64,000 nucleotides of DNA from Poseidonia sp. (GTDB lineage: Archaea > Thermoplasmatota > Poseidoniia > Poseidoniales > Poseidoniaceae). Both the position numbers and the translations under genes were made by a program. Within the stretch, counting starts at the first letter, position 1. The number at the start of each line of letters is the position of its first letter. Where the stretch lies: positions 3,033 through 67,032 of the forward strand of contig JBDQNU010000006.1 in assembly GCA_040261535.1 (NCBI GenBank), written 5' to 3'. This document shows positions 1 to 8,427 of this stretch, one piece after another. Below the pieces are notes generated by a model, which had not been told where the DNA came from, searched no databases, and saw nothing but the letters and a program-made list of their open reading frames with translations.

Positions 1-1411
1 TTGGTTCAACGGAGCCCCAGAAGGCGTAGACAGGGTTTCCTTGATCGTCAGAGGCGTCGGACGATTGCAAGTAGAAATCCATCTCGTCCGAGCCGTCTGC
101 ACAGTCTTCCCATCCATCGTTGACCGACCAGATGTTGATGACTTCGCCGTTGTCGCAGGTCCACTCGTATTCGCTGTTGTCATACTCGTGGTCATCGCCT
201 TCGGCAGAACCGAACCACTCCTCGAGCAAGTCTCCGACGGATTCGTCAAGTTGCGCTTCAACGTCTTCAGCGACGGCTTCCCCGAAGGCGCTGCTGGAAT
301 AAGCGAGCACGTTTCCGAGCAGGCTGAACATCACGGGGTTTCCGGGTGGGCAGGAGTCGCAGCCTTGTGCGGCCACCGGAGTGCCGTCACCGAGGTCAAC
401 TTCGAGGGCTTCCTCCATCATCGAGAACACAACCCATCCCATCTCTGCATCTTCTTCGTAGTCGCCGGAGTTTTGGAACGCATCCGATATGGTGAGGTCA
501 AACTGACCAGCATCGAAACCAAAGTCTTCGGTTGGAAGGCCGGTAAGATAGACTTCATAGTCGGCCGAACCGGTGTACGAGCCGTCAACGAGACCGCAGT
601 CGTCGTAGACATAAGTCTCGCCCCAATCTTCTTCGTAGACGCCGATATCCATCTCGTCCTCAACACAGTCCCAGGAGGTGTAGTCGTTTTCGGCCGCTTC
701 GATGTAGATGGGGCTGGCGGATCCGAGGCGCCAAACGGCGTCTGAAGAGATGGAATACTCGAAGTTGATTCCCGTGTCAAAGTCAACGGTCATCTCCTCG
801 CCACCGCCTTCAAGGGCGATGTCAACGCCGAGGTTCATGTCGTTGCCCACCGTCATGTCAACGCCGATGTCGGCACCGACCAGTTCGTAAGCATCGTTGA
901 GGTACTCGGTGTAAAGGATGTCAACCGTAAGCACGTTTTCGGCTTCAGCGATCACGTCAATGTCAAAGGAAGTCGGGTCGCCGCCGAAAGAGGCGCCTTC
1001 TGACCAATCGGTAAGCAGCACAAAGTTGGAGAGAATGCCGTGACGCAAGGTCACGTCGCTGGTTCGGCTCCAGACTTCAAGGTCGTCGCCGTCCAAGTTC
1101 TGAATGGTTTGAGGGGTGATGTCCTCGGTCTGATGAACGTACACGTTGGTGGCGCCCGTGGTCAACTGGCCCAAGTCAAGGTTGAACCCGGCGTCCGTAG
1201 CGTCGTCCATGATTTCGGTGAAGAGGGCTTGAATGTCCAGGCCGCTCACGTTTTGCAGGTCGCTGTCGAGGCTGGTCCAGTCATATTCGACGCCGTAGTA
1301 GTATTCTGAAGCTTGTTCGGGTTGGGCTTGAACCGTTGCAAGCGGAGAAAGCGCCGTCAACAACAAAAGGGTCACAAGCAGGCCAGATGGGGTACGCCGA
1401 GGGGTGTTCAT
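1..1411 (-). CDS. Large secreted, extremely acidic (D/E-rich) protein, N-terminal part only. Continues beyond the window start. Has a Sec signal peptide (MNTPRRTPSGLLVTLLLLTALSPLATVQA) and near the window edge a DGWEDCADGSDE motif resembling the LDL-receptor class A Ca-binding module.
   Basis: My manual reverse-complement translation from the ATG at 1409-1411 gives ~470 codons with no stop. It is absent from the ORF track because it has no in-window stop. Composition and signal peptide are typical of a secreted adhesin-like protein. Confidence 0.55.
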   Translation of the reverse strand, partial: MNTPRRTPSGLLVTLLLLTALSPLATVQAQPEQASEYYYGVEYDWTSLDSDLQNVSGLDIQALFTEIMDDATDAGFNLDLGQLTTGATNVYVHQTEDITPQTIQNLDGDDLEVWSRTSDVTLRHGILSNFVLLTDWSEGASFGGDPTSFDIDVIAEAENVLTVDILYTEYLNDAYELVGADIGVDMTVGNDMNLGVDIALEGGGEEMTVDFDTGINFEYSISSDAVWRLGSASPIYIEAAENDYTSWDCVEDEMDIGVYEEDWGETYVYDDCGLVDGSYTGSADYEVYLTGLPTEDFGFDAGQFDLTISDAFQNSGDYEEDAEMGWVVFSMMEEALEVDLGDGTPVAAQGCDSCPPGNPVMFSLLGNVLAYSSSAFGEAVAEDVEAQLDESVGDLLEEWFGSAEGDDHEYDNSEYEWTCDNGEVINIWSVNDGWEDCADGSDEMDFYLQSSDASDDQGNPVYAFWGSVEP

Positions 1412-1486
1412 CGGTTTGGCGTTCGTTTGACTCCATTTTAAGTGTATTCCCGCCAACTTCGGAGCGTTTTTCCGGCGTCCGCCGTA

Positions 1487-2089
1487 TCAGCCGTCTCGTC
1501 GCCGACGGCACACTTCAACGAAATTTTCGAACATTTCCTTGCCAAATTCAGAATCGTTAACTTCCGGGTGAAACTGCAGGCCGAAGCGGGTTCCTTCTTC
1601 GTTTTCCATGCCTTGAACGGCGCACGAAGGGCTGCTGGCTGTCACAAAAAACCCATCGGGAACGGCGTGCACTTCATCGTTGTGCGATTCCCAGACCGTT
1701 TGGACGGGGCTGGTCCCGGAAAAAATCGTTCCCCCGCCGTTCACCAGTTCAATCTCCATGGCACCGAATTCTGGCTCAGGGGACTCTCGTGCGTCGCCGC
1801 CGTAATGCCGGGCCATGAACTGATGTCCTGCGCATATGCCGAGAATCGGGATGTCCAACGCCAAAAAAGCGGCACAGTTGCCCAATTCACCGCTCAAGCC
1901 CACCCGTGCTGCGCCTCCGGAAAGAATCAATCCGTCGAGCTCCCGGAGGTCGTCAACCGGTGTTGTGTTGTCGATGATTTGTGTGTCCACCTTCAGGTAG
2001 CGTAGCATCCGCCACTCCCGGTGAGTCCACTGGCCGCCGTTGTCAACCACATCAATGACCAGGGGGGTGTCCGTCATCGTAACCGACAT
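1487..2089 (-). CDS. guaA: Class I glutamine amidotransferase, stand-alone (GMP synthase subunit A-like).
   Basis: 200 aa. GATase motifs GICAGHQ and FHPE. The size and stand-alone arrangement are typical of archaeal GuaA-A. Confidence 0.65.
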   Translation of the reverse strand: MSVTMTDTPLVIDVVDNGGQWTHREWRMLRYLKVDTQIIDNTTPVDDLRELDGLILSGGAARVGLSGELGNCAAFLALDIPILGICAGHQFMARHYGGDARESPEPEFGAMEIELVNGGGTIFSGTSPVQTVWESHNDEVHAVPDGFFVTASSPSCAVQGMENEEGTRFGLQFHPEVNDSEFGKEMFENFVEVCRRRRDG

Positions 2090-2155
2090 GCTGGCGGCGT
2101 GGAACGACCATGAACATGCCGATGCAACAAAGAGGAGGCGGGTGCTCCCCGTTCC

Positions 2156-3226
2156 ATGAGCAGAACCGTTGCTGTGGGCCTCGCGTTCTGCGTTCTCGTT
2201 TGCCTGTTGCCCGCTTCCGCAGCCTGCGAGACCGAAGTCGCCAACGCTTTGGAGGGAAAATTCCCCTCACCGACAGGCATTTCTCCGAACAAGGACGATT
2301 CCATTCGTGAATCCGTTCACCTCGCCAGCATCGGCCAGCACGTTGGTCGTGAACTGCTCTGGCAGGTGTTGATGGGGGCCAACTTGACCGAACGAGCCAT
2401 CGCTGACGAAATCAATCGCGCCATGATCGAGAACGGGTCAAACCCCGACTGGCCGTCGTTTTCGACCATCGTCGCCTCCGGGGCAAACGGCGCCATCCCT
2501 CATGGCGACCCGGCCAACGACGGCGCAGGGCCAAAACAGGTCATGGTCGGCGATGTTGTCGTCATCGACTTGGGCGGCCGGGTGAACGACTGGGTCAGCG
2601 ACGTCACACGAACCTACGTCGTTGGCGGGACGACCAACGCCACGATTCTCAAAGCCTACATGGCGGTGTACGATGCGCAAAACCTCACCTTCCCGCTCAT
2701 TGAAGCCGGCACGCCAGCGTGGGCGCTGGACGATATCGCCCGTACGCACATCGAGGAGCAGGGGTTCGGTGACCAATTCATTCATTCCCTCGGGCATGGA
2801 TTCGGCGTTTGTGTCCACGAACCGCCGTTGCTTTCCGGCGGCACGGACGACCCGTTGTTTGGCTTGTCGTACAACCAACAGCCGCTGGCCCCCTACGACG
2901 CCATCACGATCGAGCCCGGCATCTACCTCGACGGATGGTTCGGCATCCGAATCGAAGACGATTTTTTGGTGAATCAGGAGAGTCACGAGTTCTTGACCGC
3001 CGACCTGCCCCGGGATTTGGATTGGTTCCAAATTGAGGTGGACGATTACGATGCTTCGAAGGCGTTCTCTGCAGACAACGACGAAGATGCGGACGTTGAT
3101 CGTTTACTGCCTTCGCCGATCGGTTTGATCGAAATCGTGTGTCTGGTTGGCCTTGCCGGTTGGCGAAGCCAGCGTTTGAACCGGGATTTTGAAGAAGTCG
3201 ATGTTCTCAACGATGATGCACCGTGA
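2156..3226 (+). CDS. M24 family metallopeptidase (Xaa-Pro dipeptidase / MetAP fold) with an acidic C-terminal tail.
   Basis: Metal-ligand pattern D..D (DVVVIDLGGRVNDWVSD), HSLGHGFG, and IEPGIY..IRIEDD. The start could be at a downstream Met. Confidence 0.6.
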   Translation: MSRTVAVGLAFCVLVCLLPASAACETEVANALEGKFPSPTGISPNKDDSIRESVHLASIGQHVGRELLWQVLMGANLTERAIADEINRAMIENGSNPDWPSFSTIVASGANGAIPHGDPANDGAGPKQVMVGDVVVIDLGGRVNDWVSDVTRTYVVGGTTNATILKAYMAVYDAQNLTFPLIEAGTPAWALDDIARTHIEEQGFGDQFIHSLGHGFGVCVHEPPLLSGGTDDPLFGLSYNQQPLAPYDAITIEPGIYLDGWFGIRIEDDFLVNQESHEFLTADLPRDLDWFQIEVDDYDASKAFSADNDEDADVDRLLPSPIGLIEIVCLVGLAGWRSQRLNRDFEEVDVLNDDAP

Positions 3227-3368
3227 CGGTCCCGCAAACGCGGCACCAAACCTTCGTCCCGTCCTTTCGAGGGGTTGTCCCGGCGATGTCAATGCTCGCA
3301 CCGCACTCGCACTTGACCACGTTGTCCATGGAATCGGCGAGGAGCAGGTGCTTCATCAAGTGAACGCT

Positions 3369-4598
3369 TCAATCCCATGCGATGGTGGCTTGAAAGACCA
3401 CAAAACAACGGGTTGATGAAAAGCCTTTGACCTCTTCAACGAGCACCTCTTCGCACCGGCCGTTGGCGTCCTGGACGATGCTTTTCACGCGGTTTTCGGT
3501 ACTGGCCAATCGGGCTCGTTCAACGATGGCCCAGCCTCGCAGAAGCGAACGGTTCTGTTTTCGCAACAACGGCAGCAGGCTTGGGAGATGGTCGAGACTG
3601 TCGTGGGGAAGATTGACGAGCAAAACGTCCGCTACGCCAACCAATTCCGGTCGTTCCGACCACTTCAGCGCATCTTCACAAAACACGACCTTTGGCTCAA
3701 ATTCGGTGGTGGGAGCGGTCCAATCGGCGATGTTCAACGCAAGGAGGCCAACCGCATCCGGGTTCAAATCCCCGGCGAGGAAGCCTTCGAGAAGGTCGGG
3801 TTCGGCCAACAGAAGAGGAAGGGAAGGGCCGACGCCAGCGTAGGGGTCGGCCACCACGAGCGGGCGGTTGAGCAGCGCACGAAACCGCTGCATCGCCTTC
3901 AACGTCTCAAGGCGTTGGGTCGATAGGCGGGCGGAGAAATACACCGAGCCCGGGTCCACCCAAATCGAAACACCGTGTTCCCGAATCTGGGTTCTCGTCG
4001 ACACCGAACCGTCCCGGCTTGCAAGAGGGTTGAGTTGACGAACCCTGAATTCGCCCTCGACCCCGGCGTCCGCGCAAACCAATCGCACGTTGGGAAGCTG
4101 TTCCAACATCGCCTGAGCCATCACTTTTGCATGGGGCTCCACGTCGGGTTCAACCTTCACCATCAGAACATCGCCTTGAATTTCGTAAGCCGAAGGCCAG
4201 AACGATTCGGGGAGGTGGTGCAACTCCACGGGGAGTCGTTCGCGCCAATGGGTCGGCCCTTTCGACCGCGGTTCTGTATCAACAACCTGCATGCCCTCCC
4301 AAACCTCGTCGTCATCCGCCGGGGCAGATTGGGTCAAGGGTACCCCGCGGTGGTCGCTTTCGAGAGGCACAACACCCGTGGGGGCAAGCCAACCGTTTGA
4401 GCGACAAAACGCAAGCCACCGCTCGGTTTCATGACTCGGCACGCTCAAATGACGCATGGCCCTCGCCCTGTCCAAGCCCCTTGGAGGTTTGAGTATGGCG
4501 GCGCAGAAGGGAACCAGAAACGTACTCCCGTCCACCGGGTTGGTGCTCATCGGCATCGGCATGGGAACGGTTGAAGGGTTGACCTTGGAGGCCATCAA
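3369..4598 (-). CDS. trm5: tRNA (guanine37-N1)-methyltransferase Trm5 / Taw2-family class I SAM methyltransferase.
   Basis: VADPYAGVGP SAM-binding motif of the Met-10+ / Trm5 family. The true start is probably an internal Met (~4457), because the full ORF would abut dph. Confidence 0.55.
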   Translation of the reverse strand: MMASKVNPSTVPMPMPMSTNPVDGSTFLVPFCAAILKPPRGLDRARAMRHLSVPSHETERWLAFCRSNGWLAPTGVVPLESDHRGVPLTQSAPADDDEVWEGMQVVDTEPRSKGPTHWRERLPVELHHLPESFWPSAYEIQGDVLMVKVEPDVEPHAKVMAQAMLEQLPNVRLVCADAGVEGEFRVRQLNPLASRDGSVSTRTQIREHGVSIWVDPGSVYFSARLSTQRLETLKAMQRFRALLNRPLVVADPYAGVGPSLPLLLAEPDLLEGFLAGDLNPDAVGLLALNIADWTAPTTEFEPKVVFCEDALKWSERPELVGVADVLLVNLPHDSLDHLPSLLPLLRKQNRSLLRGWAIVERARLASTENRVKSIVQDANGRCEEVLVEEVKGFSSTRCFVVFQATIAWD

Positions 4599-5385
4599 CG
4601 CCGCAAAGGCCGCCGACCACCGATGGTACGAAGCCTACACGGCGCTTTGGCCCGAGGCTTCGTTGGCGGTGTTGGAAGAAACCGTTGGGCCGGTCGAGCG
4701 GGTCATGCGCCCCGACGTTGAGGCCCCGGAGCGTTTGTTTTCATTGGCGTCCACCTCGCTGGTTGCACTTCTCGTGGTGGGCGACCCGCTACAGGCGACC
4801 ACCCACGTCGACCTCCAACTGCGAGCGATCGAACACGGTATACCGTGCGCCGTCGTCCACGGCATTTCCATCACCAACCTCGTGACCGGGGCCGTGGGCT
4901 TGTCAAATTACAGGTTCGGACGCCAAACCACCTTGACCTACCCTTACGGCGATTGGGTAGCCACATCCCCGCTCGAAGTGCTGGCGAGCAACAAGGAACA
5001 GAACCTGCACACCTTGGCTTTGCTCGATCTTGACCCAACCGGTCAAGGAACCGGCGAACAGCGCCCGATGTGCCCCGCTGATGCGGTGAACTCGCTGAGA
5101 ATGATGTGGCAGAAACTTGCCGAAGAGGACGAAGGCCCGCATGCTGACGTAAACGGCCTTGAGGCGTTTCGTCGTTTCGCCTTCACGCGCTACCTCGACC
5201 AAACGTTCGAGGACATTTCCGTCGTTCTTTGTTCGGATATGGGTACGCCTGAGCAGCAAATCGTCACGACGACCCTTGGCCAGCTCAGCGACGAGCCGGG
5301 TGGCCGCCTCAACTGTCTTGTCTTTCCAGCCAACGCGAGTGAGGTTGAAGAGAAGGCTTTGACTCGTTGGGTCCGAGGTGAGTAA
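4495..5385 (+). CDS. dphB: Diphthine synthase (diphthamide biosynthesis methyltransferase, tetrapyrrole-methylase fold).
   Basis: LIGIGMG, VVGDPLQATTH, and colinear similarity to archaeal DphB (GDPLVATTH..). This is an archaeal/eukaryal marker. Confidence 0.7.
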   Translation: MAAQKGTRNVLPSTGLVLIGIGMGTVEGLTLEAINAAKAADHRWYEAYTALWPEASLAVLEETVGPVERVMRPDVEAPERLFSLASTSLVALLVVGDPLQATTHVDLQLRAIEHGIPCAVVHGISITNLVTGAVGLSNYRFGRQTTLTYPYGDWVATSPLEVLASNKEQNLHTLALLDLDPTGQGTGEQRPMCPADAVNSLRMMWQKLAEEDEGPHADVNGLEAFRRFAFTRYLDQTFEDISVVLCSDMGTPEQQIVTTTLGQLSDEPGGRLNCLVFPANASEVEEKALTRWVRGE

Positions 5386-7500
5386 GTGTTCGGCCTATCT
5401 GACGAGATTGTTCTGCTCTTGTCCTTTGTGCTGTTCATGTGTTTCTTCGCTGGTGTGGGCCTTGCCTCCATGCGGGTGAAACAGGACACAACGGACGATT
5501 ACTTGGTCGCTGGCCGCGGGATGCACCCTGCGCTCGCTGCCCTCAGCGCCGTGAGCACCTGGAATTCCGGCTACATGTTCATCGGTTTCATCGGTTTCAT
5601 CTTCGTTCAGGGCTATTCCGGCATTTGGATTGGCCTTGTCTCCACCATCGGCCAAGCCGTTGCTTGGATTTGGTTGTACAAGTTCATTCAGAAAGAAGGC
5701 AACGAACGTGGCGTCCGTTCCCTTTCCTCCCTCGTCTCACGGACCACGGGTGCTCCTGAAGCAAAGTTAGCAGCAATCCTCTCCGTCGTCTTCCTGGCCA
5801 TCTACGCAGCGGCCCAGCTCGTCGCAGGCGGCGTTGCGCTCCGGGCCATGTTGGGCTGGTCCGAAGTCATTGGCATCCTCATCGGCTTTGTCTTGGTCGT
5901 GGCGTATTGTTATGCAGGCGGCATTCGAGCCTCCATATGGACCGATGCGGCTCAGTCTTGCGTGATGATCGTGGGGTCCACCATTCTCTGTTACGTCGCC
6001 GTCTCGGAAGCAGGCGGGTTTTCGGGTCTTCACCGGACCTTGGAAAGCGTTGACCCCGGCATGGTGAACCTGTTTCCTGCCGACCTCACCTTCGGCGTGA
6101 CCTTGTGGATCGGCGCCTTCTTCCTCGGTGGACTTGGCGTAGCGGGTCAACCTCAGGTGGTTTCCCGAGTGATGACCCTGAAGGACGACAAGGACCGCAA
6201 GCAAGCCGCCATCTGGTTCTTCGTCTGGCAAACTCCATTCATTGCGCTCATGTTCATCATCGGGTTGGCCTGCAGGGCGATCTTCCTCGATTTGGACGCC
6301 TCCGACGCACAAGACGGGCTTCCGTTGCTCGCCATGGAAGTGCTCAATCCCTTCCTTGCTGGCGTGATTTTGGCTTCGATCTTTGCGGCGACCATGTCCA
6401 CGGCCGACAGTCAGGTCTTGGCGTGCACGGCTGCCATTACCGATGACGTCAAGCCCGAATGGAGTCAAGAGCACAAAACCACCAAGCGCGTAACCATGGT
6501 CGTCGCCGTTCTCGTGACGTTGATCGCCTTGGGCGGTCAGCAATTCCCCGGGTTTGGCGACTCCGTGTTCGCCTTGGTCGTCTTGGCCGTGTACGGATTG
6601 GGCGGCATCTTCGTCCCCCTCTTGTTGATTCGAATGATGGGTTACGAACCCGATACCGAACACACGATTTGGATGATGGTGGCCGCCCTCAGCGCCGTGA
6701 TTGTCTGGAGCGCAAGCGGATACGGCGAGGACATCTTCCCGTCCATTCCCGCCATGAGTTCAGCCTTCGCCACGCACTTCATTCTCTGTTGGAAACGAGA
6801 AGCCTCCAACCCGAACCCGTTGGGCCGATACAGTCTGCCCACGCAACAAACGGCAACGGTTGCGGCAATAGCCATTCTCGTTCTCTTTGGAGCCTTGGAA
6901 GGCACTTACCAAGCCGTGGCCCCCGAGGGCAACGGCGGCTCGTCGGGCAACGACCCCTACCAACTCACCTACACCGTGAGCGAGTGGACCGAAAGCCAAT
7001 CCCTGACCCTTAGCGACGGCGAAACGCAAACCTTCGAGGTCTCGATCGACGAGAGCATGACGGCGGTGCTGATCGCTGAACTGACCATCACCTACACCGA
7101 TACTGGAGAAACCGGGACCCAAGCGTGTGACGAGGTCATCACCAGCCCGGATTACAGCGGCCTCGCCGGTCCGTTTTCGGAGAGCGACGACGCCGACCGC
7201 AGCACGACGGCCTGCGACACCACGACCGTCGTGGGAAGCATTCGGCCCAACGCCGACCTGAACCAATACGCGGCGGAAGGCGCGGGCGATTACGCCCTGA
7301 ACGGGACCGAGTCGGACTTGCTCGGCGTGCTTGAGATGCTGGGTACCTCTCCCGAGATGGTCGGCACCCTCACGATGGACGTCACCGTCGAGGTGAACAA
7401 CGGATTCCCCCCCATCCCCGGTGATGACGGCGAAACCGTGACCGTGACGCTGACGATGCTGGTGTTCCAACCCAGCGGCATGACGCCCCTCACAGCGTGA
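5386..7500 (+). CDS. Sodium:solute symporter family (SSF, PutP/PanF-like) transporter fused to a ~230-aa acidic, Thr-rich C-terminal extracytoplasmic domain.
   Basis: N-terminal 470 aa has the SSF signature (DYLVAGRG..., 12-13 TM helices). The C-terminal 230 aa is hydrophilic and D/E/T-rich with Cys pairs. Confidence 0.7.
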   Translation: MFGLSDEIVLLLSFVLFMCFFAGVGLASMRVKQDTTDDYLVAGRGMHPALAALSAVSTWNSGYMFIGFIGFIFVQGYSGIWIGLVSTIGQAVAWIWLYKFIQKEGNERGVRSLSSLVSRTTGAPEAKLAAILSVVFLAIYAAAQLVAGGVALRAMLGWSEVIGILIGFVLVVAYCYAGGIRASIWTDAAQSCVMIVGSTILCYVAVSEAGGFSGLHRTLESVDPGMVNLFPADLTFGVTLWIGAFFLGGLGVAGQPQVVSRVMTLKDDKDRKQAAIWFFVWQTPFIALMFIIGLACRAIFLDLDASDAQDGLPLLAMEVLNPFLAGVILASIFAATMSTADSQVLACTAAITDDVKPEWSQEHKTTKRVTMVVAVLVTLIALGGQQFPGFGDSVFALVVLAVYGLGGIFVPLLLIRMMGYEPDTEHTIWMMVAALSAVIVWSASGYGEDIFPSIPAMSSAFATHFILCWKREASNPNPLGRYSLPTQQTATVAAIAILVLFGALEGTYQAVAPEGNGGSSGNDPYQLTYTVSEWTESQSLTLSDGETQTFEVSIDESMTAVLIAELTITYTDTGETGTQACDEVITSPDYSGLAGPFSESDDADRSTTACDTTTVVGSIRPNADLNQYAAEGAGDYALNGTESDLLGVLEMLGTSPEMVGTLTMDVTVEVNNGFPPIPGDDGETVTVTLTMLVFQPSGMTPLTA

Positions 7501-8341
7501 AGATCATGCCCTGCTCGCCCACACGCCAGCCGAGGGTCGTCCCCTCGCGCTGCTCGTCCGAATTGACGTCGTGAAGCGGGTTGGTGTGGTTCAGGTGAAC
7601 GAACACGATGTCGGGGTCACCCTCCTGGCGTCGGCCCAAACGCTCCAACGATTCCTGAACGGGCGGGTGAGGCACTTCGTTTTGCACCCTTCCTTCGAGT
7701 TCATCAGCGCTCCAAAACGTCCCGTCGATCAGCGCGATATCGACTTGCAATTGCGTCAACCACGCCCGAATGGAGGGGGCGCCATGAGTGGCGAGCGTTT
7801 CGTCCCAACGGTCGTGGTCGGGCAAAAAAAGGAGGCCGCGATTCGGCCCCCGGAAGACCAAGGCGTGCATGTCCGAAAGTTCGGCTCGGTGCGGTACTGG
7901 AACCGCTTCAACCGACAAGCCAGGCCCCAACGTGGTGGGTTCATGCCCGCTGAGCACCACGGTTGAAAAGACCCCCTGCTCGACCAAGAGCGCCCAAGCC
8001 GGCGTTGCGTTCACCAAGTTCAACATCGACGAGGAGGCGTACAGCGACAGCCCCCGTGCATTCAGTGTCTCACGACCAAAAAGGCCCAAGCCGTCCACGT
8101 GGCCAAAATGGGCGTGGGTCAGAAGCACCGAATCGATCGGAGGATGATTCCAACGAAGCAGTTGTTGGCCAAGCGCCCGTGTGGCCTCCACCAAATGGCC
8201 TCGGCCGTCATCGTCCACGAACCCCAAACTGACGGGGTCACGAACATCCACTGCGGTGAGGTCGGCGCAGCACGGCTTTGTGCACCCCGGTTGAGGGCGC
8301 CCCCCGTCCTGCGCCGTTCCGAGAAGCGTCACCGTGACCAT
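7490..8341 (-). CDS. Metallo-beta-lactamase-fold hydrolase, PqqB/PhnP-like.
   Basis: LLGTAQDGGRPQ (PqqB-like N-terminus) and HAHFGHVDG (HxHxDH). The ORF extends to 8518, but the start MVTVTLLGT at 8341 is more likely. Confidence 0.5.
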   Translation of the reverse strand: MVTVTLLGTAQDGGRPQPGCTKPCCADLTAVDVRDPVSLGFVDDDGRGHLVEATRALGQQLLRWNHPPIDSVLLTHAHFGHVDGLGLFGRETLNARGLSLYASSSMLNLVNATPAWALLVEQGVFSTVVLSGHEPTTLGPGLSVEAVPVPHRAELSDMHALVFRGPNRGLLFLPDHDRWDETLATHGAPSIRAWLTQLQVDIALIDGTFWSADELEGRVQNEVPHPPVQESLERLGRRQEGDPDIVFVHLNHTNPLHDVNSDEQREGTTLGWRVGEQGMIFTL

Positions 8342-8427
8342 GGCGAGACGATGCGCCTTCTCGTCAAGAGGGCTTTCACGCGAAGGGCTCAAACGCATCC
8401 ACCCGCAGGGCATCAGCGGGGAGCACC

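Noticed and set aside
41-745. Plus-strand ORF 41..745 (234 aa) and neighbouring small ORFs at the window start.
   Set aside because: They lie antisense to a much longer uninterrupted minus-strand frame that has a signal peptide and coherent acidic composition. High-GC genomes generate long spurious antisense ORFs.
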